Source: Ostreococcus lucimarinus (Eukaryota). From it: a stretch of DNA of 64,000 nucleotides. The first letter of the stretch is position 1. Every line of letters starts with the position of its first letter. Both the position numbers and the translations under genes were made by a program. The DNA lies in NCBI GenBank assembly GCA_000092065.1, contig CP000589.1, one strand, 5' to 3'. Below the pieces are notes generated by a model, which saw only the letters and a program-made list of their open reading frames with translations, searched no databases and was not told the DNA's origin. Below are positions 1-9,201 of the stretch, one piece after another.

Positions 1-801
1 GTCTCGCAAGTTTCTCGCCTCTTGCACAAAGTCCAACTCCTCCAACAACTTCTCCGCGAATTCGTCGACTAAGAGCGACGCCGAGCACCCGAGATTGGCT
101 CGCGCATACTTGTCAAAAAATTTCAGCGCCGCCGCGCGCAAAAGAAACAAATCCATCACGCACTGCGCGCGCGTGTTCGGTCGTAAGACTTTTATCGCGA
201 CGTCGGTGCCATCTGTTTTCAGTTTACCTCTGTAAACTTGCCCGATCGACGCCGCCGCGATGGGTTCTTCGGAGATTTCGCTGAAAGTCTCCTCGATGAG
301 CCGGCCCGTTTCTTCCTCGATTATCTTAAACGCCAGCTTTGAATTGAACGGCGGCACGCGATCCTGAAGCTTCGTCAGCTCTTCCATCAGATCCTCGTTC
401 ACCAAATCAGGTCTGTTCGCCAGATTTTGCCCGAGTTTCACGAATAACGGCCCGAGTTCGCACAGCGTCTCCTTCACCGCCGCCCCCCAGCGCGACCCGC
501 CGTCGGCTTCGTCCAGCTTTTGCAAGCGCGCCTGCTTATTCTTCAACTTCCCCAGCACGACCGCCAAACGCGCCGATCGCTGCGCCAGCTCAAACGGTCT
601 CGCCAGCGCTTCCTGACGCACCGCGTCGGGATCGTATCGCGTCACCATTCGACAAAAATCTCGATCCGCCTCGAGCGTTTCCTTATCCTTCACCTTCTTC
701 TCCCGCCCCGCGTCGACTTTCACCGGTTTCGCCTTCACCCTCACCGTCTTCCCGATCGCCCCTCCCCCGCCGCTCTTCGAGACGTCTTCCCCGCTCTCCA
801 T
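1..801 (-). CDS. ABC1/ADCK (UbiB-type) atypical protein kinase, N-terminal part; the C-terminus continues off the left window edge
   Basis: Reverse-strand translation from the ATG at 799-801 gives [14 protein letters not shown]...[24 protein letters not shown]...[28 protein letters not shown]...[16 protein letters not shown]. These are the hallmark ABC1 motifs (LGPxFIKLGQ..[14 protein letters not shown], VAIKVxRP, ELDFxxEAxN). No complete ORF is listed for it because the gene runs off the edge. Confidence 0.8.
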   Translation of the reverse strand, partial: MESGEDVSKSGGGGAIGKTVRVKAKPVKVDAGREKKVKDKETLEADRDFCRMVTRYDPDAVRQEALARPFELAQRSARLAVVLGKLKNKQARLQKLDEADGGSRWGAAVKETLCELGPLFVKLGQNLANRPDLVNEDLMEELTKLQDRVPPFNSKLAFKIIEEETGRLIEETFSEISEEPIAAASIGQVYRGKLKTDGTDVAIKVLRPNTRAQCVMDLFLLRAAALKFFDKYARANLGCSASLLVDEFAEKLLEELDFVQEARNLRD

Positions 802-1695
802 CGGCGGCGGCGCGACCGCGCCCGTGCGCGTCGTCGACCCTCTGCTCGGCGTCCGCGCGCGTCCCGCTCGCCGCGAGGTCGCCGCGTCGTCGCCTCGCCT
901 CCCCACCGCCACCGCGCGCGCCCATCGCGCGCTCGCGCGCGCGCGCGCCGTCGTCGCGATCGCCCGCGTCGACGCGCGCGCGATCCGCGGCATCGCGCGT
1001 CCCGCGCGCGCCGTCGTCGCGCCCGGCGCCGCGATTCCCAACCTCGTCGTCGTCATCGTCGCCGCGCGCGCCGCCGTCGCGCGCGCGCCTCGCCCGCGTC
1101 CGCTACCGGCGCGTCGCCCGCGTCGTCCGCGTCGCCGTCGACGCGCGCGGCTCGATCCGCGCGCGAGTCCGCGCGCGCGTCGCGAACCCGCGCGTCGCGT
1201 TGTCGCCCCGCATTACGACGCGCGGATTCGCGACGCGCCGACGCGCGCCTCGCCGACGCTCGACGTCGATCGACGCCTCGCGCGCGCGACGCCGCGACTC
1301 GCCGCGCCATGGCGTCGCGCGCGCCGCGCGTCGCGACGCCGCGCGTCGCCGTCGCCGCGCGCGGATTTCGTGACGGCGCGCGCGTCCGACGCGCGACGCC
1401 GTGGCGCGCGCGCGACCGCGTCGTCGCCGCCGCGGACGCGCGCGACGGCGCGAGCGACCGCGCGGACGCGTCGCGCGCGGGCGGTCGCGGCCGAGGTGCG
1501 ACCGCGCGACGCGCGAGTTCGCATCGCGCGCGAGCGTCCCTAACGACCTCGATCGACGAATGCGCGACGAATGGGCGACGACTGACGCGCGAAACGCGTG
1601 AAACAGGCGCTGCGCGACAGGGAGGACGCGGACGAGGACGCGGTGCGCGCGGGGGAGGGCGCGGACGGGGCGGCCGGGGACGGGTGCGGATACAG

Positions 1696-3752
1696 AGCGA
1701 TGGGAAACAACACCTCGGGCAGACGCTCGAGTACGCGAAGGAGAAGGCGTTTCCGAGCGCGAGCGCGGACGATTCGGGAGATTTGATCGATGATCCGCCG
1801 CTGAAGATACTGCCGCTCGGTGGGTTGGGTGAGATTGGGATGAATTGCATGCTCGTCGGGAGCGGGGATCGATACGTGCTGCTCGACGCGGGGTTGATGT
1901 TTCCGGAGTGAGTGCGCGAGGGCGAGCGAACGCGGCGCGAGCGAGCGAGCGACGACGAGAGCGCGAGGACTGACATGGGTTGCTTTGCGCGCGCGCGAAC
2001 AGTCACGAGGAATTGGGTATTCAGAAAGTGCTGCCGGACGTGTCGTTTTTGGCGCGTTGGAAGGATAAGATTGAGGCGGTGCTCATCACGCACGGACACG
2101 AGGACCACATCGGGGCGTTGCCGTGGGTCGTGCCCGCGCTCGACCCGTCGACGCCAATCTACGCGGGTTTGTTCACCATGCAGCTCATCAAGCGGCGCAT
2201 GCAGGAATACTCTCTGTGGAACGATCAACGGTTCAAGGTTTTCGACATGAACGAGCGGTTTCAGGCTGGACCGTTTGAGATGGAGGCGGTTCGCGTGACG
2301 CACTCCATTCCGGATTGTTGCGGGTTGATTTTCCGTTCAGAACACGGGACGATCGTGCACACGGGGGATTGGAAAATCGATGAAAATCCAGTCGATGGAC
2401 GCATATTCGATCGCACGTCGTGGGAACGCGTCGGGAACGAGGGCGTGACGCTCATGATGAGCGACAGTACCAACGTTTTGTCGCCGGGGCGCACGATCAG
2501 CGAATCCGCCGTGAGCGAGGGCATCATGCGTAGGGTGTTGGGCCATCGCGGACGGATCATCACCACACAGTTCGCGTCGAACATACATCGACTCTACGGC
2601 GTTCGCGCCGCGGCCGAGGCCACGGGGCGTCAGATTGCGTTCTTGGGCATGTCCTTGACGACGTACCTCGAGGCGGCGAAGCGAGCTGGCATCGCGCCAA
2701 TCGATCCTGAGAAACTCATCCCGGCAGACGAGATCGACAACTGCGATCCCAGTAAGTTACTCATCGTCACCACTGGGTCTCAAGGCGAAGAGCGCGCGCA
2801 ACTCGCCCTCGCTGCGCACGGAAGCTCGCGACTTTTGACGTTGCAACCGGAGGATCTGTTGCTGTATTCGGCGAAGATGATTCCCGGAAACGAAAAGCGA
2901 GTCATGCGTATGATGAATGAAATCGCCAAGCGCGGACCGGAGATCGCGATGGGACGCGAAGATTGCTTGCACTCATCGGGTCACGGGTACAAGGACGAAC
3001 TAGACGAGGTGATCAAGCTATTGAAACCCGAGCACTTCTTACCAGTGCACGGCGAGTATGCGTTTTTACGAGCGCACGAGCAACTTGCACGACAATCTGG
3101 CGTACGACACACGACTGTGATCGGGAACGGCGAGATGCTTGGTGTGACACCTTTAAGGAAGAAGCAATCACACGGCACTATGGGTAACTTTCACCGCATA
3201 GGAAAGGCGCGTTTACAAACAATGTTCAACGACGGAGGTTGGGGGAGCGGCACGTCAGAGGACATGGCCATCGAGGAACGAATGCGCATCGCCGTCGAAG
3301 GTATCATCGTGTGCGACTACGAAATTTCCAACGACGGTAATAATTTAATCGCCGCAAAGGCGCGCGTGACGTCGCGCGGCATGTGGACCGACGACGGTCG
3401 TCTGCTGGAGTCTGTGCGGTCGAGCGCCATCGCCGCGTCCGCCGACATGCCCGTCGGTACCAAGCTCAGCACCGTCGAACGCGCTGTATCCAGCGCCATT
3501 CGTTTCGCCGTGAAGAACTACTGCAACAAGCGACCAGATGTCATCGTCGTCGCGCATCGTGCGGGCGAGTCTTCACGTCCCATCCCCAAACTCGACGCCG
3601 TGGAAGACGACGACGACGACGAAGGCGGGCAAAAGCGATACCCCAAGCGCACGATGTCCCCGACCGACGTCAGACCGCTTCGAGGCGATTACAAAGGACC
3701 GGGACCATCGGGAGGCGAACGCCACAAACGTCGCGACTCGGAGTATCAGTGA
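1696..3752 (+). CDS. RNJ: Ribonuclease J (metallo-beta-lactamase/beta-CASP RNase, chloroplast type); two exons resolved (..1907, 2003..3752); 5' end unresolved
   Basis: Exon 1 ends ...[39 protein letters not shown](D). Exon 2 continues [12 protein letters not shown]...[15 protein letters not shown]...TGDWK.... Joined, this reads MFPD|HEELGIQK, matching plant RNase J MFPDYDELGVQK. Beta-CASP motifs and a C-terminal extension are present. No in-frame ATG lies upstream of PLKILPLGG, so a further 5' exon (probably a transit peptide) is likely. 1696 is only a candidate acceptor. Confidence 0.85.
1908..2002 (+). other. Spliceosomal intron of the RNase J gene (95 nt)
   Basis: Donor GTGAGTG at 1908, CTGAC branch motif at 1970-1974, acceptor AACAG at 2001-2002. 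Splicing removes the in-frame TGA at 1909-1911 and restores the conserved MFPD-HEELG junction. Confidence 0.8.
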
Positions 3753-3863
3753 GCGAGCCGTCGCGAGCGAGCGACATTTTGATTGCGCCGAACAAACGGC
3801 GAAAATTTTAGTACGCAGACTGTGAATATTATTTTACATCTCTCGGAGTCACGTCGACTTTTG

Positions 3864-4313
3864 TCACATGGACTTTTCAACGTACTTCACCATCAGCGCG
3901 TCGTTCCCTCGCACCGTCGTCTCCACCGCCAAATCTCGGAGGGCTTGCCAATCGAAATTCTCCCGCGCGTAGGCGGCCCTCGTCTCCATCAACCTCAACG
4001 CCGCCAATCGCAACTGCGGCTCGTCCCGCATGAGCGCCTCCAACCACTCGTCTCCGTTTCGCAGCGGATGCGTCTCCAAAAACCCCGCGAGCGCGCTCGA
4101 CAGCGCGGTCGATCCGCCTTCGTTGTCGTAGCTCAGCTCTTGGTCGAGCGTCGTGCGAACCGCGGCGACGGTGAACAGCGTCTTCAGCGCCTCGCTCGCC
4201 TTCATCTCGGGCGACACGCCGTAGCCGAACGCGTCGGGCAGCGTCGACGCGCGCGCGCGCGCTCGCGCGCGCCGCGGCGCCGCCAGCGCCGGCCGAAACG
4301 TCCACGTCAGCAT
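3864..4313 (-). CDS. RBCX: RbcX-like RuBisCO assembly chaperone with R/A-rich N-terminal presequence
   Basis: 149 aa, real ATG at 4311-4313. ASEALKTLFTVAAVRTTLDQE...DEWLEALMRDEPQLRLAALRLMETRAAYARENFDW follows the RbcX pattern (LxxYLTYQAVRxVLxQL ... LALRImxVREhiAeE..F). A TGTAA lies on the minus strand 26 nt past the stop (3834-3838). Confidence 0.6.
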   Translation of the reverse strand: MLTWTFRPALAAPRRARARARASTLPDAFGYGVSPEMKASEALKTLFTVAAVRTTLDQELSYDNEGGSTALSSALAGFLETHPLRNGDEWLEALMRDEPQLRLAALRLMETRAAYARENFDWQALRDLAVETTVRGNDALMVKYVEKSM

Positions 4314-4339
4314 GCGTGCGCTTTATTGCGCGACGCTTT

Positions 4340-6295
4340 ATGCGGCTGATCGCGCGCGCGCGCGCGAGGGTCGATCGTCCGACGCGCGCGCGAACGCGAC
4401 GCAAAGCGCGATCGAGCGCGCCGCCGCGCGGCGGGCGCGCGGAGGCGCGAAGCGAGGGCGCGCGCGCGGATTCAGACGCGGCGGCGTGTCGAGTGAAATT
4501 CGCATTCGAAGGCACGGCGCGACTGTACGGTGACGCGCGATACGAGCGGCTGCGCGCGGCGCACGTCCTCGTCGTCGGACTGGGCGGCGTCGGGAGCTGG
4601 GCGGTGGAGGCGCTCGCGCGCACGGGCGTGGGACGGTTGACGCTGATCGATTTGGACGCGGTGTGCGAGACGAACGTGAATCGACAAGCGGAGGCGACGG
4701 TCGAGACGATCGGGGCGTTCAAGGCGGACGCGATGATGGATAGAGTGCGAGCGATAAATCCCGATTGCGACGTGCGCGTCGTGAGAGATTTTGTGCAGCG
4801 AGAGAACGTGGAGGAAATCTTGGGAGGGGCGGCGAGAGAGGTCGGCGGCGGCGTCGATTACGTGCTCGATGCGATCGACAAGGAGAAGGATAAAGCAGCC
4901 ATCATCGCGTATTGCGTGTCGGAGAGGATACGGATATGCTCCACGGGTGGTGCGGGTGGAGTGGATTCGTTGAGTGAGCTGCGCGCGGAGGACTTGGCGA
5001 ACGTGACGTTTAATCGGTTGTTGAGCTCGACGCGAAAGACGTTGCGAAAGCGGTACGCGTTTCCCAAGGAGTCGGGCGACGGCGGGTCGTTTCCCGGGGC
5101 GAATAAGGGCAAGCGTAAGTCGCAGGGGAAGTGGGGCGTGAAGTGCGTGTACGCGCCGGAGAACGATAACACATTTAAAAAGGCCGGGACGAAGGGGCGA
5201 GGTGGGATCGGTTGCGAAGGCGTCGGCGGTTCAGCCGTGTTCGTCACGGGCGCCATCGGGTTCAAGGCGGCGTCGGAAATCGTGATCGATCTTGTGCAAG
5301 ATTCGATGGCGGATGGTAATTCAAGTAATAAACAACCATCGACGGCGACAACTGGGTGGCGCTCGCGCGTGTGGCCGCCGAATGATACGTCCGATACCGC
5401 GGACGATTCGGCGCAAACGCCGAATGAAGACTCGCAAAAAGTTATCCCGGGGCGACAAGACGAACTTCAACCGACGACGGCGAGTCTCGAAGCCGCGCGC
5501 GCGCTAGATTCTGTAGAAATGTTCGATGCGCACTGTCACTGGCATTTGGACGGCGAACGCAAAGCCATTCGCAAGCTTTGCGCGAAACTCGCCGGGGCGG
5601 CGATGACGACGACGAGGCCGGGTGACTGGGGCGCTGCTCAAGCCGTTCGCGAGGGCGACGACGGACTGAACGTGAACGTCCCGATAGCTCTAGGCGTGCA
5701 CCCGTGGTGGGCACACTTAGAAAAGGAAGGTAAAGACGACTGGATGCGAGAGCTACGGCTTAATATCGAATCGACGCCAAACTCCGTCGTCGGCGAAATC
5801 GGCCTCGACAAAGTCGCGACGCCACCAGATGGGTCGCAGCCCGATTACGAAAATCAGCTTGATTGTTTTAAGCGTCAACTAGCACTCGCAACGGATGTGC
5901 GTCGACCGGTCGTCGTACACAGCGTCAAGGCGACAGGGGACATGATGGATATATTCAGGAACTCAGCCGAGTTACCACCTCGAATCTTCATGCACTCGTT
6001 TGGGGGGTCCGAGGATTTTATGAAACAACTCACGAAGATGAAGAAATTCGGCGACCGTTTTTATTACGGATTTTCATCCGTCATTAACCTTCGCTCACCG
6101 AAAACGCAGGGTGTCATAAAGGCTGTACCTGACGACAGACTGCTCCTGGAGAGCGACTTGTGCGACCCGACGTGCGCCGAGGACGAGTTGCGAACGATGC
6201 TAGCAATCATTGCCGACGTAAAAGGGTGGACGGTGAAGGAAGCCGCGCGCGTGACGCGAGAAAATGCGATACGATTCTACTCGTCTAGCGTGTAA
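4340..6295 (+). CDS. Fusion protein: tRNA threonylcarbamoyladenosine dehydratase (TcdA/CsdL, ThiF family) N-terminal domain plus TatD-family metal-dependent hydrolase C-terminal domain
   Basis: TcdA half: GTARLYGDARYERLRAAHVLVVGLGGVGSWAVEALARTGVGRLTLIDLDAVCETNVNRQ...DAIDKEKDKAAIIAYC...STGGAGG (compare E. coli TcdA GTARLYGEKALQLFADAHICVVGIGGVGSWAAEALARTGIGAITLIDMDDVCVTNTNRQ). After a ~70-aa low-complexity linker, the TatD half follows: MFDAHCHWHL...LGVHPWWA...GEIGLD...VVVHSV...FMHSFGGS...LLLESD. The reading frame is continuous with no stop between the halves. The ORF-track start at 4316 is a GTG; the first ATG is 4340. Confidence 0.8.
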   Translation: MRLIARARARVDRPTRARTRRKARSSAPPRGGRAEARSEGARADSDAAACRVKFAFEGTARLYGDARYERLRAAHVLVVGLGGVGSWAVEALARTGVGRLTLIDLDAVCETNVNRQAEATVETIGAFKADAMMDRVRAINPDCDVRVVRDFVQRENVEEILGGAAREVGGGVDYVLDAIDKEKDKAAIIAYCVSERIRICSTGGAGGVDSLSELRAEDLANVTFNRLLSSTRKTLRKRYAFPKESGDGGSFPGANKGKRKSQGKWGVKCVYAPENDNTFKKAGTKGRGGIGCEGVGGSAVFVTGAIGFKAASEIVIDLVQDSMADGNSSNKQPSTATTGWRSRVWPPNDTSDTADDSAQTPNEDSQKVIPGRQDELQPTTASLEAARALDSVEMFDAHCHWHLDGERKAIRKLCAKLAGAAMTTTRPGDWGAAQAVREGDDGLNVNVPIALGVHPWWAHLEKEGKDDWMRELRLNIESTPNSVVGEIGLDKVATPPDGSQPDYENQLDCFKRQLALATDVRRPVVVHSVKATGDMMDIFRNSAELPPRIFMHSFGGSEDFMKQLTKMKKFGDRFYYGFSSVINLRSPKTQGVIKAVPDDRLLLESDLCDPTCAEDELRTMLAIIADVKGWTVKEAARVTRENAIRFYSSSV

Positions 6296-6356
6296 TCTCA
6301 TCGATCGTTTAGAATGTGTGTCGTCTGTTTCAATCTGTTGGTTGCTATCGTTTCGT

Positions 6357-8696
6357 CTAAAAGTAGATGCGTTGGACTTCGCTCTCGGCGAAAGGTAACG
6401 AACATCCTGGACACTTGCGCTGACGTGACACCACGCGTTTGTTGATGCACTCTTCGCAGAACATGTGCCAGCATCGGGTGATGATGACGGCTTTTTGTCT
6501 CTCGCCTTGACACACGTTGCAGTTCATCAACGTCTTGTACGCGTCCACTTCCGCGTGCAAATCCTTAGTCCCGCCCTCTTTGAGTAAGCGGTCGCATTTC
6601 TTTTTCAGGCTGGCGGCAGTAGTTTCAGCCTTAACTCGAGCGGCTTTTTCGGCTTCGAGTTTGGCGATTTCGCTTTCGCTGCGCTTCGTCAACGTCGCGA
6701 CGTTCTTTTCTGATGCGGCGAGCTTATCGCGAACTTCAACGACTTGTTTCTCCATCGCGCGAAGCTGCGCCTTTGATCGGTCTACGTTTTCGCTGTTCCC
6801 ACTGACTTGCTCTTGCATCTTCTCGAACGCCGTTGTGGCTTCGGCGAGTTGTTCCTCGAGCTCTCTCGTTCGTTGGTCTGCGAGCTCGAGATCGCGCTTG
6901 TAATACGCAGCCGTTTCGTTCACTCGCTCGCACTCGTCTTCGAACTTCTTGGCAGAAGATTGCGCCGCGATGCGCTCGCTCGCCGACTTGTTTTGCGCCT
7001 CTTCGCTCGACGCGATGCGACTGAGGAGACGCGTGCTTTGTTCTTGCGCCTCGGCGTACGCGCCTGAAATCGCTTCAATCTCTTCGACGTACATCATCAC
7101 TTCTGCTTGCTTTTCTTCAAGCGCTGCGTTCGCCGCCGTGGCAGTCGCTTCAGCGCCCGCAAGCTGCTCCTTAAGCGTCACAATTTGCTTCTCTAGATCC
7201 GCCGTCTTGGCGGTCGACTTCTTCGCCGCGGACTTTTCGAGAGACGCGACGGATTCGGTGAGCGACTTGACTCGTTCTTCCGCCGCAGCTTTCTCAACCT
7301 TCGCCTTATCGAATAACGCGTACGACTCCTTGAACCTAGTATTTTCATCTTTCAGCACTTTGTTCTCCTTGAGCACGATTTCGAGCATTTTGAGCTTTTC
7401 CTCTTGCGCGACCGCGCCGCCTTGTTTCTGCGTCAGCGAACGCACTTTGTGATCCAATTCATCGCGCAAGGCGCTGATGTGCGAAATGCGCGCTTCCAAC
7501 TCATCCACATGCGCTTCCATTGAGCTCAGACGCTTCATTGCAGCTTCACCACGCTCCGCAGCTTGCCTATCGCGGATCGATTCTTGCATGGCACCGTCCA
7601 TTCGGCGACGGACCGAGCGCAAGTCTTCCGTGAGCTTGTCGTTCTCTTGCTTGGCGTTTTCGTATCGAGTGTTGAGCGCGACGTATGCGGCCGATTTTTC
7701 GATGTTCCCACCATGACTTTGCGCGTCACCTTGCGCGCGAACTTGCACCGCTAACGTTGACTTCTCCTTGTTCAACTCGGCGATGGTCTTCTCTTGAATC
7801 TTCACTTTGGCTTCGAGCTCGGCGATTTCACCGTTGAGCTTGGCTAGATCTCCGGCGGCTGCTTGCGGCGCCGCGGGCGTTCCGGGACGACTATCGGGAC
7901 CGGCCCCGACCTTTGCTCCGTCTGCCACGGCGGCCGCCTTCGCCTGCGCCTCGGCACCCGCCGCGCGAGCGTCCTCCGCCGTCGCCATCTTGGGCAACCC
8001 CTCGATGGTGTCGTCGCCCCCATTCGCCTTGGCGATGGCCAAACGCCGTCGCGTCCCCAAGAGCTGCACCTCCATCTCGTCTAATTCAGCCTGCAACTCC
8101 TTACAACGCGCTGAATCTCGCAAGTACGCGTGCGTCAACGCGTCGTAATCCCGCATCGTCTTCAGCCGACTCGCCTCGAGCGCGTCGATTTTCTTCTTCA
8201 GCTCGGCGTCCCCCGCCCCCGAAGTCTTCGCCTCGATCGCATCCAACACCGCCGCCAATCGTGCCTTGGTATCGTCCGCTTTATCCCTCAAACTCTTCAC
8301 CAGCTTCTCGCGATCCTCATCCTCAAACCTCGACGTCCCGTCCTCCAGTTCGTCCGCCGTCTCGTTCGTTCCGCCCCGTTCGTCGCCGTCGCCTCCGCGT
8401 TTCCGTTTCCCTGTCCCCTCCACCACGTGCTGATCCCCCGCCAGCTCGATCAATCGTTTCAAGAACGGATCGACGTACGCTCCCTCGTTCCCGTCCTCTT
8501 TCTTCGCCGCGCTCGTCTTTTTCGTCCCGTTCGCCTTGGCCGCCAACGCGTCGATCGCCGCGTTCGCCGCGTTCCACTCATTCGTCACGATCCCAAGCAC
8601 GCTCTCGTACTTCTCGCGCAGCTTTTCGTGCGCCGCGAGTTTTCGTTCGAGATCGCGCACTTCCTCGCGCCGCGCTTCGAGCTGTCGCGCGTCCAT
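6357..8696 (-). CDS. BRE1-type E3 ubiquitin ligase (long coiled coil plus C-terminal C3HC4 RING; histone H2B monoubiquitination family)
   Basis: C-terminus CNVCQGERQKAVIITRCWHMFCEECINKRVVSRQRKCPGCSLPFAESEVQRIYF is the BRE1/RNF20 RING. About 700 aa of heptad-rich coiled coil lie upstream. Start taken at MDARQLEARREEV (ATG 8694-8696). The ORF stays open to 9251 but that extension is low-complexity and antisense to TRM1. Confidence 0.75.
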   Translation of the reverse strand: MDARQLEARREEVRDLERKLAAHEKLREKYESVLGIVTNEWNAANAAIDALAAKANGTKKTSAAKKEDGNEGAYVDPFLKRLIELAGDQHVVEGTGKRKRGGDGDERGGTNETADELEDGTSRFEDEDREKLVKSLRDKADDTKARLAAVLDAIEAKTSGAGDAELKKKIDALEASRLKTMRDYDALTHAYLRDSARCKELQAELDEMEVQLLGTRRRLAIAKANGGDDTIEGLPKMATAEDARAAGAEAQAKAAAVADGAKVGAGPDSRPGTPAAPQAAAGDLAKLNGEIAELEAKVKIQEKTIAELNKEKSTLAVQVRAQGDAQSHGGNIEKSAAYVALNTRYENAKQENDKLTEDLRSVRRRMDGAMQESIRDRQAAERGEAAMKRLSSMEAHVDELEARISHISALRDELDHKVRSLTQKQGGAVAQEEKLKMLEIVLKENKVLKDENTRFKESYALFDKAKVEKAAAEERVKSLTESVASLEKSAAKKSTAKTADLEKQIVTLKEQLAGAEATATAANAALEEKQAEVMMYVEEIEAISGAYAEAQEQSTRLLSRIASSEEAQNKSASERIAAQSSAKKFEDECERVNETAAYYKRDLELADQRTRELEEQLAEATTAFEKMQEQVSGNSENVDRSKAQLRAMEKQVVEVRDKLAASEKNVATLTKRSESEIAKLEAEKAARVKAETTAASLKKKCDRLLKEGGTKDLHAEVDAYKTLMNCNVCQGERQKAVIITRCWHMFCEECINKRVVSRQRKCPGCSLPFAESEVQRIYF

Positions 8697-9201
8697 CGTC
8701 GTCAGTCGCGCCGTCGTCCACGCTCGACTCGAGTTCGATCGCGCAATCTTTCCCCGCGTCCATCGCGCCGCGCCCTTCCGCGCGCGTCCGGGCGCGTCGT
8801 TCGCGCGCATCGCGTCGCGCGCGCACCTGTCCGCCGAGCTGTTGGTTTTTAAACCGCAACACCGGCGCGTCTTCGGCCATTTGAAGATGGATTTGCGGCG
8901 TCGAATGCCGCCACGCGCGCGTCTGGTCGCCACTGTTATGCGCGCCGCGTCGCGCCTCACTCGAACGAGCGCGAGAATCCGCGTCGAATCGTCGACGAAG
9001 TTCGCGGTGGCAGAATCGAGCGCGCGCGAGCGCGCGAGCGACGCGTTCGAGGCCGCGGCGCGGGCGTTTTCGTCGAGCTTTCCGAGGTTTCGAGGCGGCG
9101 GCGGCGGCGATCGAACGACGTCGGCGCGCGAGAAGCGCGAGAGAAGCGCCGACGAACGCGCGGGAGGGCGGGACGTGAGCGCGAGCGGTGACGCGCGCGC
9201 G

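Noticed and set aside
520-1911. 463-aa plus-strand ORF listed as a single unit
   Set aside because: Only its last ~70 codons (RNase J exon 1) are homologous to anything. The first ~280 codons overlap the ABC1 kinase gene on the other strand and are Arg-rich junk. The ORF 'start' is not supported.
1053-2303. 416-aa ORF on the minus strand overlapping RNase J exon 1 and its intron
   Set aside because: R/P/A-rich low-complexity translation with no motifs. It is antisense to a strongly supported gene. It is typical of GC3-driven stop-codon depletion on the non-coding strand.
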